Positions 40,018-54,407 of a stretch of DNA of 64,000 nucleotides are shown here, one piece after another (within the stretch, counting starts at the first letter, position 1; each line of letters starts with the position of its first letter). The stretch comes from Octopus sinensis. Its lineage: Eukaryota. The notes under the pieces are model-generated. The model ran no database searches. It saw only the letters and a list, made by a program, of their open reading frames with translations, and was not told where the DNA came from. Location: positions 17,546,001-17,610,000 of the forward strand of contig NC_043015.1 of the NCBI RefSeq assembly GCF_006345805.1, given 5' to 3'. The position numbers and the translations under genes are program-made.

Positions 40018-41179
40018 TAATATAAAAAATAAAAAATGAAAAATAAAAAATAGAAAATAAAAAATATAAAAAAAAAAAAAAATAAAAATAAAAATAAAAA
40101 TAAAAATAAAAAAAATAAAAAAATAAAAAAATAAAAAATATAATATTATATATATATATATATAAAAAGGGGGGGAATAGAGTTTTAGGTAAATAAGGAG
40201 ATTCTCACTTATACCTCTACACATACACACATATATATACATCACACATACATATACATATCTACACATACACATATATATGTATACATAACACACTCAC
40301 TTGCATACACGTATACACACATGTATATATACACACACGACACACATACATATACACACAGAAAAAAATATATATACACATACACACACATCTACTCACA
40401 TACACGCATACACACACAAATCCATACACACACATGCACACACAGCACACTAGTCCCTATATACACATATATACACATACACACATATATATACACCCAC
40501 ACATACACTACATACACATATATACATACATACACATACATATACACATATATACATACACATATATATATATATATACACATGTATATACATATGTGTA
40601 CCCATGCATACCTACACATAACACATATATATATATACATATACAAATACAGACCCATTCCCTAATTTTAATTTTATTATCTTCGTTTATTACTTTTGTT
40701 ATCTTTGGCGCTTGGTCACAAACATCTTGGCTATGACAGCCAGACCATTTATCCGTCTACTGGAAACAATTACTCATTCACTCACGCACACTCTTTAGCA
40801 CGTACACTCACTCATTCGTACACTCATACGCATACACGCACGCACGCGCGTTATATTCATACATACATACATCTACATACATTCACGTATATACACATAC
40901 GTACGCGTACCTACAGATTCATGTCTACACTCTTAGAAGGCTAGTCTATACATATACACCATAAATATAAATACACACACAACATGTACACCTACATACA
41001 AATACATACATGTACAATATATTATATATACTATATATATATATATATATATATACGCGTACCTACAGATTCATGTCTACACTCTTCGAAGGCTAGTCTA
41101 TACATATACACCCATAAGTATAAATACACACACATATACATACATGTACACCTACATACAAATACATACAAGTATATAT

Positions 41180-41230
<51 letters not shown>

Positions 41231-41422
41231 ATACATATATATATTCATACTAACATGCATACTCAAAAAATAAGTAAATAGTAAATATATATACGCGCAG
41301 TTATTCATACATGCATACTCAAAAAATAATATAAGTATATGTACGTGCAGTTACCTATTATATAGACGGATACATACATATAATAAACTTACACACATAG
41401 ATTATATATATATTATATATAC

Positions 41423-41471
<49 letters not shown>

Positions 41472-41541
41472 ATACATACATACACACACATATATATATA
41501 AATATATACATACACACATACACCTACATATACACATACAC

Positions 41542-41602
<61 letters not shown>

Positions 41603-41729
41603 GACACACATACACATACATATACATACGTATGTATAGGTACGTAGAGTTATCTATGTGTGTTTTATATGTACATGTGTAAGTATGTGTATATATATGT
41701 ATGTATGTGTATGTATGTGTATGTGTGTC

Positions 41730-41776
<47 letters not shown>

Positions 41777-41844
41777 GTGTATGTGTATATGTAGGTGTAT
41801 GTGTGTATGTATATATTATATATATATGTGTGTGTATGTATGTA

Positions 41845-41924
<80 letters not shown>

Positions 41925-42385
41925 CTGTGTGTAAGTTTATTATATGTGTATCCGTCTATATATAGGTAACTGCACGTACATATACTTAATATTTTTTTTT
42001 GAGTATGCATGTATGAATAACTGCGCGTATATATATTTACTATTTACTTATTTTTGAGTATGCATGTTAGTATGAATATATATATGTATATATGTGTATA
42101 TATATATATATATATATAATATATATATATATATGTATGTATATGTACTTGTATGTATTTGTATGTAGGTGTACATGTATGTATGTGTGTGTATTTATAC
42201 TTATGGGTGTATATATTATATATATATATAATAATATATATATATATATATATATATATTTTTTTTATTTTTTTATTTTTTATTTTTTTTTTATTTTTTT
42301 TTTTATTTTATTTTTATTTTTTTATATTTTTTTATTTTCTATTTTTTTTTTTCATTTTTTATTTTTTATATTTTATATTTTTTTA

Positions 42386-42417
<32 letters not shown>

Positions 42418-42588
42418 ATTTTTTTTTTTTTTTTTTTTTTTATTTATTCTCCTATCTAATTTAACACTGACTCCTTGACCACTCCCCCAAGTATGATTTT
42501 TTGCGCTATGCCTACCCCCAAAAAGTCCCCCACCACACCCCTTTAAACCTGCCTAAATGTATAAATGCCAATACAATTCTTGTTAACT

Positions 42589-42639
42589 AGCTTCCTGAAG
42601 ATTTCTCTTGAATGAAACAGTTCTAGTCCTGTAGAAGCT
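42589..42639 (+). ncRNA. Type I hammerhead ribozyme
   Basis: agcttc-CTGAAGA-tttc(tctt)gaat-GAAA-cag(ttctagtc)ctg-TA-gaagct. Confidence 0.82.
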
Positions 42640-42722
42640 CCTTCTATATAATAAATTAATTTTACTCTGCTATGTATTGAGTACCTTATTTACTGTGGTT
42701 AACCCCGAATCAACCTGGGACC

Positions 42723-42752
<30 letters not shown>

Positions 42753-42756
<4 letters not shown>

Positions 42757-43660
42757 GAATTAAAAAAGGAAAATACGCATACTTTAATTAGTTTTAATAT
42801 AATTTTTAATACATCGACCGGTTTCGCTATCGCTATTATGTTTTACTTATTTGAATATGTATTTTCTTAAGAAATTTTGTCCATGTTGTGTGCGATTATA
42901 TTTATGAGTGAATGACTTCACAAGTAGAAAAATAAGGGGAGGTTATTGGTTATCGTTATTATTGTTATTGTTGTGGGTAAGGGAGATAACTGTTTAGCTT
43001 TCGGTAATGGGAGGGGAATATATATGTACTGACAAAAACAGGTTTCGAAAAACTTGTTTCGTAATCGTGAATTGAAATATGTAAAATGATAAAAGTTGGT
43101 TATGCGTGCATATTAAGACGTGTTTTGTATTTTTCAATGAAAAAAATTTCTTTATTTAAACGTTCTTGTGGAGAGATTGTGTCTTTGCACTGGTAGAAGG
43201 GGTAGCCTGTGAAATTTGGTTTGATGTTATCTTCACATTTTTCTATATGTTCACTGAGAGGAATTTGCCTGTATTGCGGGAAAAGGATTTGCTCTTTATG
43301 TAGAGTGGTTCTCTTTTTCAAGGTCATACTCGTCTGTCCAATATAGTTGTGTCCGCAACCCGAGCAGGTTATTACATAAATTAGGTTCTCAGAAGTACAA
43401 GTGAAACTAGTTTTAATTGTGAACCTTTGTCCTTGTTTGAAAAGGAAATCCGAGCCTTCAAGTAGGTTGGGGAAAGTCCCACAGTTTGGGCGTCCACATT
43501 TTTCGACCGTTGGTTTCGTGGGTGTTTTGTAAAGCTTCGCATTTGTTAGTAGTCTCTTAAGCGATTTGCCTTACTTTTTACATTTGATGAGTTTGTGTGT
43601 TTTCAGGATGTCGTTCATTTTTGGATCTCTAGTTAGTAAAGGAAGATTTTGCACAATAGT
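42753..43660 (-). mobile_element. 5'-truncated Neptune-like Penelope element (GIY-YIG plus 3' UTR)
   Basis: EKCGRPNCGT, NLIYVITCSGCGHNYIGQT, QIPLSEHIEKC; remnant GAAAccggTC at ~42817-42826. Confidence 0.85.
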
Positions 43661-43699
43661 ACAATGTCTGGCTGTTTGCTTTATAGTGGCTGGTTCATA

Positions 43700-45974
43700 C
43701 CACTTTGTCACGTGAGAAGGAGTGTACCATTTTCACTACATCTCTCCTTTTTGTTTTTTTCTTTGGAAAGCAAGTAATTTTATTTTACTTTATTCATCCC
43801 TCCTCCCGTCTTAGCGTGTTTTTTCCCCAACTTAATATTTTTTTCTTTTTGGCGTCTATTTGTAGGAACTCTGTGTTCCTTTTCTTCCACTTCTACGCGT
43901 GGATTCAATCACTTGTAACGGTGTTAGTACCTGGAATGTATCATATAGCCATTCTATAGGTTCTTCCAATCTGTCTGGTTCATTTTCTATGAATCTCTTC
44001 TTTAATTGGTTTCTGTATCTTTTGTCAATACCTTTTCTGCTTTTAATTCCGTACATCATTTTCCTATGTACTTTGTAATTTTGCCTTCTTCCCAGTGTTG
44101 TTATCCGTTTTTATACGACCTCTTGTACACCTTATCACCAATTCTGAAAAATTTTGGATTGTCTTCCTTGATACTTTTTCTTTCCTCTCCAAGTAACAGT
44201 TTATCAAAACCTGATTTCATCTTCCTCGCGAACATCAGTTCTGCTGATGAGCGTCTTGCTTGTGTATTGTGGTTTGGTGTCACTCTGTATACCCTTAAGA
44301 ATTGCTATAGAGTGACTTCATCTGTGATTTCCTTGTTTGCTTTTCTCTGCCTGTCCCTTTGATTTGGGATGGTAAGGCGCTATCATTTTACTGTTCTACT
44401 GTGAACATTTCGCAGAATTTTCTAAATTCACTGGACACAAATTGTGTTCCATTATCAGATACAGTCACGTCTAGGATGCCAAATCTTGCGAATAATTCGT
44501 GCATAATATTTATTACCGTTGTGGAGGTTGGTCTTTTGCACTTAACAATTTCTGGCCATTTTGTAAAACTATCAACTACTACTAAATAGTAACAATCATT
44601 TAATAGATCCGCAAAATCGATGTGTAATTTTGTCCATGGACTTATTACTTCTGCTTTTTTTCTTACCGAACCTTTTTTGTTTTCTTTCGCTGACCACAGA
44701 ATTTTTTTGCTTCATTAACGCGTGTCGCTTTATCTCCTCCGGAGTTATTGGTAACTCTCGTACAATGTTCTACAGTATGTGTTTAATTTCCCCTTCGATT
44801 CTTAGAGCTGGTATTACTGTGTCTTCGAATGGTTCGCCATTTCTGGCTAGACTTGGGTAGGGTTAGGGTTAGAACCTATAGAATGGCTGTATGATACATT
44901 CCAGGTACTAACACCGTTATCAACGTGTTCTAGCTTTTTCGAAGGTAAATATTCCATTGCATAGTCATAGTTTAGTAGTATGGTGCCCCATCGCTGCAAC
45001 CTGTTTGCTGTATCTACTGGGATTCCTTTCTTGGATCCATAAATCATTAGCAACAGGCGATGGTCTGTCTAAACCGTCTACCATGTGTAAACTTGTGGAA
45101 CTTTTTTATGCCAAATATAATCGCCAATGCCTCGTTTTTAATTTAGCTATAATTTTTTTCCCGTTGACAATAGTGTCCTTGACGCGTAAGCTATGGCCTT
45201 TTGGCTGCCATCTTCACATTTGTGTAGGCGTACTTTCAAGCATCTGTTGCCAGTATCGTTTCGAACTTCGGATCGAAGTGTGTAAGCGACAAGTTTGAAG
45301 TTAACATACTCTTTAGTTCCTCTGCCTTCTGGCATTTTTCTAACCAAAACCATTTGTCAGCCTTCTTTAACTGCTCGTTTAGTGGAGCCCTTGTATTGTG
45401 TATGTTCGGGATGTTTACTTGATAGTAGTTTACCAAGCTTAAAATGCTTTGATGTTCATTAGGGGGAGGCATATTCTGTATTGTCGTCGTCCTTGATGAG
45501 TTTGGTCTGGTCTTCGTCCCGTTTCGTCATTTACTCGATCCAAATATTTTGATTTTTTTCATAAAAAATTCACACTTTTCGTCTGTTAGTCTAAATCCGT
45601 ATTAATTTATTTTTCTGAATACTTTTTTTAATATATTCGAAGTGTTGCTCCACTGTCTCGCTCTTTATCAAAATATCATCGAGATAAGCAATAGTCCCGA
45701 TCATTTAACACTGCGTCCATCACTTGTTGGAAGGTTCCACTTTTACTCCAAAAGGAAACCGCTACGATGTGTGTTGATTGTTAAAAGGTGTGCGCAACCT
45801 TCCTCTACATGTATCTGTAGATAGGCCTCCGGGAGGTCTAACGTCAAGGAAAATTTTCCTCCATTTAGTTTTGAGAACACTTCTTCTGGGCTTGGTAATG
45901 GATAGTTGTGTTCGAGTAAACAGTCAATTAATCCAGGTGAAAAGTCTGCACCAACTCTTATCATTTTTTCTTTA
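43700..45974 (-). mobile_element. Degenerate Ty3/gypsy pol (RT-RNase H-integrase), split by a younger LTR element
   Basis: IRVGADFS, YPLPSPEEVFSKLNGG, ILATDA, ANRLQRW, LHIDFA, VSDNGTQF. Confidence 0.88.
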
Positions 45975-46247
45975 TGTAGTGTGATGGAGGAAAAGGACAA
46001 CAGAAAAGGAAGCAAACGGGAGAAAGAAATACAAAAGGCCTTACCTGTTGACCTCGGCGGAATGAGCGATCACTCTCAAGAAATAAACACGCCTTTGCTC
46101 GCTGCCGTCTCTGCTCGAACTAACCACACGCATGCCCCGTGACTGTTCCACAGGCCCCTGCAGTCGTTACTTCCATCTACCTCATCTGCAATCCCCTCCA
46201 CCAACACCACATAGCTCATCACAGTCCATAACACCACTAACACCACA
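45975..46247 (-). repeat. 3' LTR
   Basis: TGTAGTGT...ACACCACA termini; adjacent purine tract on the minus strand. Confidence 0.9.
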
Positions 46248-49200
46248 CGCCCCCCTGATCTAAAGATCACTCAACCGGCTTTCCCACTCACTCCTCGCTC
46301 CCGAACTCACACATTAACTGGTTTCATAATCAGCCAACCAGGGAAAAGGGTGTCGCTCCCTCTGTGGTCGCCGTGCAACCCCGGGACTGGCCTGAGTTCC
46401 TGGCATGCTGCTGCTGGCTTCATCATCTTGTCTACTGAAGCTGTCTTCATCTTCTTGCCTTCTGTTGCTGTCTTAATCTTCTTGCCCACTGCTGCTGGTT
46501 CTATCCTCTGAGGCATGGACAATCTTCCGTACATCCAAAAGGTGGCGTGGAATACCATTGGCAGAGACGTTGTTCTTCGAATTGATGGCGGTTATTGTTC
46601 CCTTTACCCTTCGTGATGTACACCGTGCGTTTGGGGTTATACCCAAACTTCCCCGACCTGCACGAAGGCGTGCTCTTCCTCTGCCCCGAGTCGCATTGAT
46701 GCAGTACACGGATGCCTCCACTCGTACCTGAATATTTCCCTGTGTGGCACCGACCCCTCGGCCTGTTCTGACCTGGGCGACATATTGTGCCAAATTATGG
46801 CCTCAATTGGTGAAATGTGGCCCCTCTCTGCCATGGTCTTGATGGTACGATGATGCCTTTCCACCACCCCATTTCCACTCGGCCGGTATGCCGCCCTGAA
46901 GAAGCGGTTGACCTGTCACCCATCAAGCATTTCTTTCAGCACCTCCGAGCGAAATGCAATGCCATTATCCAGAAGCAGTTCATCCACGGGGCCTCGTTCC
47001 AGCAATATCTCATTTAATACTTTCACGATTCCCTCTGCGGTCCCCGTCTTCATCTTCCTCCATATGGCCAACCTCTCCGGTCCGCAGTCAACCATTGAGA
47101 AGTATGTCCCCTGCCGGTAGTGTGTTATGTCCACCGCCAGTCGTTTCCAGTCGTGGTCCACTGGAATACTTCCCGCCTCATATACGCCCGGAGCAGGGTC
47201 GATGGACTGGCACCTGTCACACCTGCTAACCACTCTCTGCACGCTCCGTCTTGTTACATCGGAGTCAACTTTCCTGGCTAGGAACAACATCCTGTCCACC
47301 ACCATGTGATGCATGGTATGCAATCTCCTCAACTCCGAGTCACTCAGACGACATACTGCAGCTACATCCTGCTCCGCATCTTCTGGCACCTGCAACCAGG
47401 CTCGCTTTACCCTGGTCAGGACGTCTGCCCTGTTCTTCTCGGAAGGCACAAAAATCACGCTCAGCTTCAGATTGAACTCTGTGTTTAGTTCACGCAGTAT
47501 CCCCAATCGACGTTTTACCAGCATCTCTGCTCATTGGTGATGACTGCTGTCAGCCAACCAAGTAAAGTGGCCGAATCAGTCCTGATTTCTATGGTGTGCA
47601 GTCCCCATTTCAAGGCTAGGTTCACTCCCTTCAATACGGCATCTAACTCCGCCACATTGATGATTGCAGTCATCCATTTTCCTGAGCCAGGCTGCATCTT
47701 CCACCACGACGCCTCCCACTTCCAAAACAACCCCTATTGCGATGCTACTGGCATCACACCATACAATCTCGCTCTTTCATTTGGGAACATACCAACTGCC
47801 CCGCACTGGATCATCTGCTCTCACTCTGACCAAGACTTCCTGTATCATGTCGGTCGTCTTCTCCCCCACTCTATCGTTCCACTTCACGCCTTCGGCTCGT
47901 TTCTTGATGAAGCTACATGCTGTCTGGAGCCATTCTGCAATCGGGTAGTGTCCCACCAGCTTCCCACGCACCGAGAACAGTTCCCGTCTACTCATGCTGG
48001 TGCTCAGTTCGGGGATCTCGTTCCCGCGCCGGAACACCAATGCGCCAGCCTTGTCTCTCCATAGCTTGAGGCGCAGTGCAGCGCCTCCCACCATTGCCTC
48101 TGGTGGCTTGGCGACCAGTGCAAAACTTTTCAGGTGGCCTATGACCTCCGTTGCTGACATTACGGTTTCATCTACCAGAATGTCATCAATGTACGAATTG
48201 GAGGCTTTTTTTTCTGTCCACCTTTCCCAGCATGGCCTTGAGAATTGTTGCCATAATCTTTGGCTCTGAATTTAGCCCGAACCCCAACCTGGTCAGACAG
48301 TATGTCCGGCCCTTATACCTGACAAACTGATACTTCCACAGTTTCTCAGCCACATGCACTTGCAGGTATGCCGACTTCAAATCGACGATCGTGGAGGCCC
48401 CTGTCATCTAACTCCACTCTCGCAAGGTGTCTCTGCAGACATCTGTGGCCTCGCCGCCTGTATGACATGATACGTGGTCATTCAGCTCTGGGAAGTCAAG
48501 CTCTGGCCTGACCTTATGCTTTGTGGGCTGTACCACCGCCATCAGTGGCAGGACTCCGCTCTCTACTTTTTCTTCCCAAGGAATCAATATGCCCTCCTTA
48601 ATCCACAGCTCCACCCACCCCCTCGAACTCACTTCTGGCATCTACTTTTAGAGTATGCTGATAGCAGCCCACTTTATTTTTTAACGTCGGGGGCTCTCCC
48701 TTCCAGTGCCACTCCACTGTCCACCTCTGGCCATCGAAGACAGCCTGAAAGCCCTGGTTTTCAAATTGCGTGTGCAGCATACTTTTCTTCGCAGTTCTCA
48801 CCAATGCACGGTCTCGCCATACACGGTTTCCCCGCAAACCCAAACGTTACACCGGCCTCGTTAACAGTGACACCTCCCAAACGGGTGATTGCATCCATCC
48901 CCATCACCACGTCAATCTCGTCCACCAAGTGGCCAACTACAATTGCTCGCAGCGTCAGCCTTATTCCCTGCACCACAATATGCGCATCTGTAATGCCTTC
49001 ACAGTGTACCTCTCTTCTGTCGACTGCTCTTACACTGCTTTCTCCACTCCACGTCTCTACCACTTCTGAAGTCATCAGGGTCGTCGTACAGCCCGTGTCC
49101 ACAAGGGCTCGCGACATCTTCCCCTCCACCAGAATGTCGACTACAGGTAATAATGATAAACGCGCCACTATTGATCCAAAGGAACAAGTACCGGCGCAGT

Positions 49201-49952
49201 AGTCTCCCTTAGACCGTTTCCCCGCAGACATTCGCTGGCTATATGTCCCGTTCCTCGACACCGGTAGCAAATGACCTCAGGCTTGGGTAACACCCAGTCT
49301 CGTACCATGTGCGGACCCTGACACCGGAAACACTGTCCTTTGAATGGTCGCACACGTTCTTTCTTTGACCCCTCTTCGCTGCTCTTTGCTCGGCCACTTT
49401 TCGTTGTTGCAGTCGCTGCTACCGACGTCATCCTGCAGCACGAAACTAGCACGCGAGCCCGAGATACAATGTCTGCCATCACCATCGAGTTAATGTTCGG
49501 CAGCTTCTGCAACTCGACCGACATGTGGTCAGGAAAGCCAGTCACAAACGCTAACTTAACCGTCCGGTACAACGATTCTCCCTCATATCCCGTCAGTTCA
49601 ACCAATCTTCTGAGTTCGTTTGCAAATACGTCAACCTGTTCCCCAGTCCATTTTGCTTTCCCCAGGCGAGCGTACGCTTCGAATATTTCCTCTGCAAAGG
49701 CCTCCATCAAACGGATTTCTATTTTCTCCACGCTAAGTTGCGCCCTTTCTTTCATTTCTAGGTACAGCGCCAACGCCAAACCATCTAAGTCGTTTATACC
49801 GTGGAGCTTCGCCACCAACTTCATCTTCTACAACCAAGCAACTACATCCGTGCCACCGCAAAATGGTTTGACCATATCGTTCGAAATACGGACGACACTC
49901 ATCATTGGGGTTTTGGGGGGGGGGATTTTTCTTGTTATGGACCAAAATAGCT

Positions 49953-50240
49953 CGTAGTGTTGTGGAGGAAAGGGACAACAGAAAAGGAAGCAAACGGGAG
50001 AAAGAAATACAAAAGTCCTTACCTGTTGACCTCGGCGGAATGAGCGATCACTCTCAAGAAATAAACACGTCTTTGCTTACTGCCGTCTCTGCTCGAACTG
50101 ACCACACGTGCTTCCTGCCCACGCATGCCCCGTGACTGTGCCACAGGCCCCTGTAGTCTTTACTTCCGTCTACCTCATCTGCAATCCCCTCCACCAACGC
50201 CACATAGCTCATCATAGCCCATAACACCACTAACACCACA
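49953..50240 (-). repeat. 5' LTR
   Basis: ~16 substitutions and one 15-bp indel vs the other LTR (manual count). Confidence 0.9.
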
Positions 50241-50400
50241 CTTTATATAAATCGTCGCAGCTGCCCAATCTGAATGATCGACTTTTTCAATAATAGCTAC
50301 ATTTTCTTGTCTTTCTAGTTCTTTACAGACCTGATCCAACGCCGCAAACGGCACGTTCCGTTTGGACTTAAAAAACAGATGTTGCCTTTTCTTTTATCGC
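50241..50400 (-). mobile_element. Continuation of the host gypsy RT split by the LTR insertion
   Basis: KRNVPFAALDQVCKELER...IIEKVDHSDWAAATIYIK joins the IRVGADFS segment across the TSD. Confidence 0.85.
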
Positions 50401-50419
50401 TATCCTCGCTTTTGTTTTA

Positions 50420-53161
50420 GTGCAACAACTCACCACAAAGTAAAACATCACATTTCAATCACTAGTCCTCCAGTACACACCTGCACACATCATCAACCAA
50501 CAGACATACTTGATGTTACAAAGACCGAGTTTGACAAATTGGAAACTTTGGGCATCGTTCGTTGATGTAACAGTCCCTGGTTTTCACTTCTACGTTTTGT
50601 AACAAAAACCGTATTTGAGGTTGGTAACCCTGCTGGGTTTATCGCTGTCTCAACAAAAGCACTACATACATCTGCTACCCCATTTCACATATACAAGACT
50701 TCTCCAAAAGGTGCTCAATATTCTCCAAAATCAACCTCATCCGAGGTTATCATCAAATGCCTATACAAGATGAAGATGTTCTTAAGACTGTTGTTACCAC
50801 TCCCTTCGGACTGTATGAATTACTACGTACATTTTTCACATAAAAAAATGCAGCACAATCCTTTCAATGCTTGATGCCAGGGTCTAGACTTTCTTTTTGT
50901 ATACCTAGCAAACATCCTTATTATAAGTCAACATGCTGAAATACTTGTAGCACTTTTTGATTGAGCAATTCGGTTTGATAATCAACACTGTAAAGAGTAT
51001 CTGTGGTGCTAAAGAAATTAACTTCTTTTGACATCAAAACACAGGTACTGATGCTACACTCCTACCAGGAAAAATGAAAGCTGTCCTATCCTTTTCATGC
51101 CCCACCACAAACGAGGCTCTGTAACAATTTGTGGAATGGTAAACTTTTATCATCTTTTCATTCCATCTGTGGCAAAATTGATGATACAAAGCATTATCTG
51201 GGAAAAGTTCCAAAAACATGTGGAGAGGGACAGTGCAATGACCTTCTACAAAAGAATTTCTCACTAAAACAACCATGTTTTTCATCTCCACTTATCAGTA
51301 TCAACCACACTCACAGTGAATGCTTCAGATACAACCATTGGTGATGTTTTGGAACAATACATAGATGATCAGTGGCAACCTTTAGCTTTCTTTAGTTGAC
51401 AACTTCAACCATCTGATCAGAAATATAATACTTTTGACAGAGAACTGTTTGTTGCTCATCTAGGTGTTTGACATTTTCACTACTTTTTGAAAGGTCAACC
51501 TTTCATGATTGACACAGACCACAAACTACTCAGCTTTGCTATGAACAAGCTATCAGAGCCCTGATCTGCACATCAGCAGTGACAGTTGTCAGCCATTTCC
51601 GAATACTCTACTGATATTGAGCTCATCGCTGGTAAAAGCAATCCAGTTGCAGATGCACTTTCTCATGCCCCTATTGACACTAATATCTACATTACCTTAA
51701 TGATGAACGGTATTGACTGTATGTTCAATAAACAAACGATGAAATCAGGGCCTAGCACACAGCTCTCACTTCCCTTTCCTTGCAGGATATAAATTTCCAC
51801 TCCAACGTAACAACTTTCTTTTGCAACATAATAATTGGGAAACCACAGCCAATTATTCCATAAACCTGGCACTGAAAAAATTTTGACATCATTCACAGAC
51901 TTAGTATCAGGTGACACAGTATGTCTGACATAGTATGGCCAAGCAAATTGGAGAGTGGACCAAAATCTATATCCCTTGCCAACAAGTGAAAATCCATCAG
52001 CCTACCAAGCACCTCTTAGCAACTATGAATCTCCACAAGCCTATTTCAGCCACCTTGTTGACTCCAACCATCATTGTTATGTTACTCATACCCCTCTTAC
52101 CATGGTGGATCGCTTCACTCGTTAGCCCGAGGCTATACCTCTCTATAACACAGAAACACAAGAAATCACCTGTCCCTTCATTGTAAACTGGGTCATTCGT
52201 TTCAGTGTCCTGGATAGCATCTTATTGGACAGTGGACCTCAATTCATCTCAAAGATAGGAAATGACATTGTGAGCTTTTCGGCCTCAACATGAATTACAC
52301 AACAGCCTATCACCCACAAGCCAATGACTTGGTGGAGTAATTCCACCGCTGCTTGAAGGAGTCCCTCATCACTAGACTTAACGGGTCCAACTAGATCAAC
52401 CACTGCCATGGGTGATGTTGGGAATTCTCACTACAGTTAAGAAAGACTTAAATATTTCCTCTGCAGAAATAGTATAAGGCGTGCCACTTACTGTACCTGA
52501 CAAATTCATTTTGAACATGAACTCGAACCCTGATTCTAAAATGAGAGGTAATGTAGGCCAGTTACCCTATGTCAATGGATAGTACACCAAAGTCCTCTAT
52601 TCTACGTGATTCTCAAAGAGCAAAGTTTGTGTTCATTCATTGTGATGCACAGTGAAAACCCGTTTCCGCCACTTTATGATGGACCATGACAAGTCATTTC
52701 AACTCCTGATTGAAGGGCGACAGGACATGATTTCCATTGATAGAAGCCAGCCCATTTCAACATTGATAGCAGTTCAACCACGAAACCAAAAGCATTTATA
52801 GGAAATCAGCAACTCATCCCCTTCCCGAATGATGAACAGTTGTGCAGGACAAGTGGTGAAAATACCCTATTAGTTCCGATGACAAAAACAATTCCATGGG
52901 AAGTATGTAGAGCATTATCTTTAAAATTGTAAAGGATGAACTGTCATTGCAAATTAGCTGAACGGTGACCATTCACTGTAGACTTAGTATTTAACTGTGC
53001 AGCAAGGAAATTCCCTTGATACTTTGTGATCCAATCTTCATTCTCTCACTGCTAGCAATATTTATGCTGTCACCCTTATTTATGTAGCTTAGCAAATATT
53101 GGAGAGACTCCTAGTTTTTGTTTAGACGTCTCTCTAGTTGAAGGAAAACCTTGATATAACA
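50420..53161 (+). mobile_element. Old, heavily degenerate Ty3/gypsy pol with a possible 3' LTR (~52906-53161)
   Basis: HHISITSPPV, FSKINLIRGYHQMP, TTPFGLYE, WQPLAFFS, TDHK, GKSNPVADALS, DSGPQF, TTAYHPQAN. Confidence 0.82.
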
Positions 53162-53537
53162 CTCACAACTTCATATGCAACCAATGATATGGACTAGTTC
53201 TTTTTGAGAAGATGCATATATTGTTTAGAGAGTGGGATCTGCCCCGTGCAAGGCTTTTCCTTAGTTTAAATACTTCAGATATATACGTTGTTTGATTTTT
53301 AACATATGTTGCATACCATGATTGAATGTAGACGAAAAAGGCAAAACAATAAAAAATTCCATGAAGGTATATATCAGCATGGGTAGTAACCTCTCTTAAC
53401 ATCTGCTGCCAAAGGCATCTGTTATTGCCACATCTATGCAAAAGATCATAGGCCCTTAGCAGAACTGAAAGATCACATTTAGGCAGCTGATATTTAAGAG
53501 TTGCAGTCAGCATATATGTTAGGTATGTATATAAATA

Positions 53538-54396
53538 CGAAGTGATATCAAAAAGGTCCCGGACTCGTTCTGTAGCGTACCAACTGATGACGCAGTGAGA
53601 GTTAACAGGAACTTTCATGAGGCAGTGTTCCGAGTGACATTACTACTTTTGCCTTGCAAGCTGTGAAATTTGTATTTTTGTGATCATGCGTATGCTGTTG
53701 CAATTTTGTCATGGACAGGAACAAAGAGTCAACGTGAAATTTTGTGTTAAACTTGGAAAGTCTACTACAGAGACCTTGAGCATGCTTCAGCAAACTTACG
53801 ATGACAAGGCAATGGGTCGTACGCAATATTTCAAGTGGCACAGGCACTTCAAAAGTGGAAGAACGTCCCTGGAAGACGATGAATTATCTGAAAGATCTGT
53901 CATGAGTGTCATCCCAGGAAATCTGGAGAAAATTCAACAGTTTATGCATGACGATCATCGGAGGACGAATTAACGTTTTAAAGCATTTTTGGGAGGACAT
54001 TCAATGAAAGAGACCGGATCTGTGGAGCACGAAGAATTGGATTCTTCACGACAACAATGCACCCTGTCACCGAGCTCTCCTCACTCATAAGTTTCTTGCC
54101 AAAAACAATGCCTCCCTATTCGCCATATTTAACACCAGTGGTGTTAAATTTCCCAAAATGAAATTGCAGCTCAAAGGTCGCCGTTTTAACAATATTGTCG
54201 AGATCAAGAGTAAATTACTGAAGGTCCTCGACTCACTTACAGAAAACGGCTTCCAAACCGGATTCCAAAAGTGGCAGGAACACTGGAACTGGTGTATTGC
54301 CACACAAGGTGATTATTTCAAAGGAGATGAAACTTAGGCAAATAGGTTATATTTTATTAAACATAACTAGTCCTGGAACTTTTTGCAACCACCTCG
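53538..54396 (+). mobile_element. Internally deleted mariner element
   Basis: TA-flanked TIRs cgaagtgatatcaaaaaggtcccggact / cgaggtggttgcaaaaagttccaggact; EQRVNVKFCVKLGKS..FKWHRHFKSGRTSLEDD; LHDNNAPCH. Confidence 0.9.
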
Positions 54397-54407
54397 TATA
54401 TATATAT

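Larger units (their letters stand above)
39748..42725. mobile_element. Head-to-head inverted PLE 3' UTR/pLTR pair (non-coding)
   Basis: 39748-40165 is the reverse complement of ~42245-42650; 41100-41630 is the reverse complement of ~41695-42210; HHR at each outer end. Confidence 0.8.
45975..50240 (-). mobile_element. Complete-structure compact Ty3/gypsy-like LTR retrotransposon (gag-PR-RT-RH-IN), disrupted ORFs
   Basis: LTRs 45975-46247 and 49953-50240; CTTTA TSD (45970-45974, 50241-50245); PPT at 46248-46256; CYRCRGTGHIASEC knuckle, ALVDTG, DLKSAYLQ, YIDD, AVDITH/LLDNG/VERHHRTIK. Confidence 0.93.

Noticed and set aside
53680-53973. Domesticated SETMAR/GVQW3-like host gene
   Set aside because: Lies within TA-flanked TIRs with an internal deletion and stops, so it is a dead mariner
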